Source of the DNA: Alphaproteobacteria bacterium
GTDB lineage: Bacteria; Pseudomonadota; Alphaproteobacteria; Rs-D84
Reading direction: 5' to 3'
Assembly (NCBI GenBank): GCA_031549365.1
Contig: JAVBPX010000015.1
Location: forward strand, 1-16,636
DNA length: 16,636 nucleotides
The notes under the pieces are model-generated. The model was not told where the DNA came from. It was given only the letters and a program-made list of their open reading frames with translations, and did not search any database. A program made the position numbers and the translations under genes. Numbering within the stretch: the first letter of the stretch is position 1; the number at the start of each line of letters is the position of its first letter. Shown here piece after piece: positions 15,502-16,636 of the stretch.

Positions 15502-15523
15502 TTATCCCCCACCTATGCCATTC

Positions 15524-15553
15524 ATTTTATCATAAATTGATACGCTGGGTCAA
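15524..15553 (-). promoter_or_regulatory. Sigma70-type promoter of the M23-domain gene
   Basis: Minus strand TTGACC-18 bp-TAAAAT with TG extension; same layout as the paralogue's promoter. Confidence 0.55.
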
Positions 15554-15580
15554 AATAAAAAACCCGCAATGTGCGGGTTT
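15552..15580 (-). terminator. Intrinsic terminator downstream of the 87-aa gene
   Basis: Stem AAACCCGCA/TGCGGGTTT (15560-15580) followed by a U-rich tract on the minus strand. Confidence 0.75.
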
Positions 15581-15602
15581 AAACAATTTATCAGATAATT
15601 TA

Positions 15603-15866
15603 TTAATTTCTGCGGAAATTGTTGTTTGGGCGGTGATTATTTTGAAAACGTTGTCCGCCATTGTTTTGGTTCGCGCGGATGTACATATAACGGGCAACCA
15701 TAATGGCCATCCAAGTAAAAGGCAGAGTTGCCAAAGTGTACATTCCCATTGGTGTTTCAGCGTTTGTTGCGCCCATAACAGCCTGGCCTGCGAATACAAC
15801 ATACATTAATGCAAAAACCAAATTAAACATTAATTTTTTCATCGTTCTCCATGTTTTCATAATCAT
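15603..15866 (-). CDS. Small hypothetical membrane protein (two hydrophobic segments, Asn/Arg-rich tail)
   Basis: AGGA lies 6 nt before ATG 15866; an alternative start at 15842 has GGAG. Two hydrophobic helices and its own terminator. Confidence 0.65.
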   Translation of the reverse strand: MIMKTWRTMKKLMFNLVFALMYVVFAGQAVMGATNAETPMGMYTLATLPFTWMAIMVARYMYIRANQNNGGQRFQNNHRPNNNFRRN

Positions 15867-15924
15867 TTCTTTTCCTTTTTTGTGTTAAAAACTTTCGTTA
15901 AAAATCAATATAATATTTAACAAA

Positions 15925-16261
15925 GTTGCCAGAGTTCTGTTGCTAGGCCTCTGGCGATCCCCACCCAACGGGCTCAATTGCGATCGTTGGGGATTCTAAG
16001 TGCTGCAATGTCTACCCTTAGGCAGCCAAAGCATATGAGCTATTATCATTCGCTACATTCACTTTTTTTCAGCCTTTTATGGGAGCAACCCCAAGCACAA
16101 ACCTTGCCTTTATTGCGTCTGTCGAAACTGTTTCACCCCCATAAATCGACGGAATTCAAATAAATCCCAATAATTTTTCATGGTGGAGGTGTCGGGTACC
16201 GCCCCCGAGTCCAAAAAGCCTATGCCACAATGTGTTCAGTGCCATCTCTGCTTGCGCAGCG
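15925..16261 (-). ncRNA. ssrA: tmRNA, circularly permuted two-piece form
   Basis: On the minus strand the acceptor piece ends GGACTCGGGGGCGGTACCCGACACCTCCACCA (CCA end at 16181). A 40-nt intervening sequence follows, then the coding piece starts GGGGGTGAAA at 16140. GGGGGTG/CACCTCC forms a 7-bp acceptor stem with the G3:U70 Ala determinant. The tag ORF and a terminal GCAACAGAA hairpin (15928-15955) are present. The outer ends are approximate. Confidence 0.93.
16018..16053 (-). other. tmRNA proteolysis tag reading frame (A)ANDNSSYALAA*
   Basis: GCG AAT GAT AAT AGC TCA TAT GCT TTG GCT GCC TAA, a typical ANDN...ALAA tag. Confidence 0.92.
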
Positions 16262-16267
16262 ATTTAT

Positions 16268-16295
16268 ATTATAAGGATTTTTTAAAAAGATTCAA
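16268..16295 (-). promoter_or_regulatory. Promoter for ssrA
   Basis: Minus strand TTGAAT-16 bp-TATAAT directly upstream of the acceptor piece. Confidence 0.6.
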
Positions 16296-16486
16296 GTTAT
16301 TTGTGTAACTGCTTGAAAAAGCCGGTAATTTATAAGTTAATAAAAAATTTAAAATTTACCCGGTCATTTTTCCTAAAAAACCGGTTCTTTCGGCCATGAA
16401 AAAAAGTGCGTTGTATATACACTTTTTCTGTTTACATCTGCAAATAATATTTGCTATTGTTTGTGCATAGGAAGGACACAAGAACA

Positions 16487-16636
16487 ATGAATTTCGCAAA
16501 ATTGCTTGATTTTCAACGAATTGCCAACGGTATGCAATTTGCCATTATGTCTTTTTGCGCGATAATTTTTTCAACGCCAATATTTGCGAATGCTAAAAAT
16601 TCCGGCTTTATTACCAATTCATCCAAAAAAATAAAT
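16487..16636 (+). CDS. N-terminus of a probable exported protein, truncated by the window edge
   Basis: AGGAAGGA upstream; open frame to the end: MNFAKLLDFQRIANGMQFAIMSFCAIIFSTPIFANAKNSGFITNSSKKIN, a hydrophobic stretch ending in ANA. Candidate promoter TTTACA-18 bp-TATTGT at 16431-16460. Confidence 0.55.
   Translation, partial: MNFAKLLDFQRIANGMQFAIMSFCAIIFSTPIFANAKNSGFITNSSKKIN

Noticed and set aside
15885-15901. Possible CtrA box (TTAA...TTAA)
   Set aside because: The spacing is 9 nt rather than the canonical 7, and the context is AT-rich.
15530-16163. ORFs 15530-15802, 15703-15888 and 15978-16163
   Set aside because: They overlap the better-supported 87-aa gene, its terminator or the tmRNA, and lack RBSs or motifs.
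16181-16212. Possible stand-alone tRNA or attachment-site remnant (T-arm plus CCA)
   Set aside because: Explained as the acceptor piece of the permuted tmRNA; there is no anticodon arm and no second copy in the window.

Overview
The window has two parts. Bases 1-~1970 are the end of a Microviridae-type ssDNA phage: the C-terminal part of a VP2 DNA pilot protein, a small ORF, a VP3/scaffold-like ORF, a hairpin origin containing ACTTG^ATA, and a compact HUH Rep. It ends in dif-like (XerCD) motifs and runs straight into a bacterial chromosome, so it is probably an integrated microvirus prophage. Bases ~1980-16636 are a gene-dense, AT-rich alphaproteobacterial chromosome, identified by GcrA and a permuted two-piece tmRNA. 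It carries gpmI, dusB, rodZ-hisS-prfA-aroK, ftsB, gcrA plus a coupled bitopic membrane protein, an A24 prepilin peptidase, two tandem secreted paralogues, a small membrane protein, ssrA and the start of another exported protein. The paralogues share a ~200-aa N-terminal module with 44 identical residues but have unrelated C-termini. One is an M23 domain resembling animal LECT2. The other contains hydrophobic segments around a Lys/Ala-rich helical region. The best leads are the Xer-type microvirus prophage and this modular secreted-protein pair. All calls come from manual motif recognition; no searches were run.
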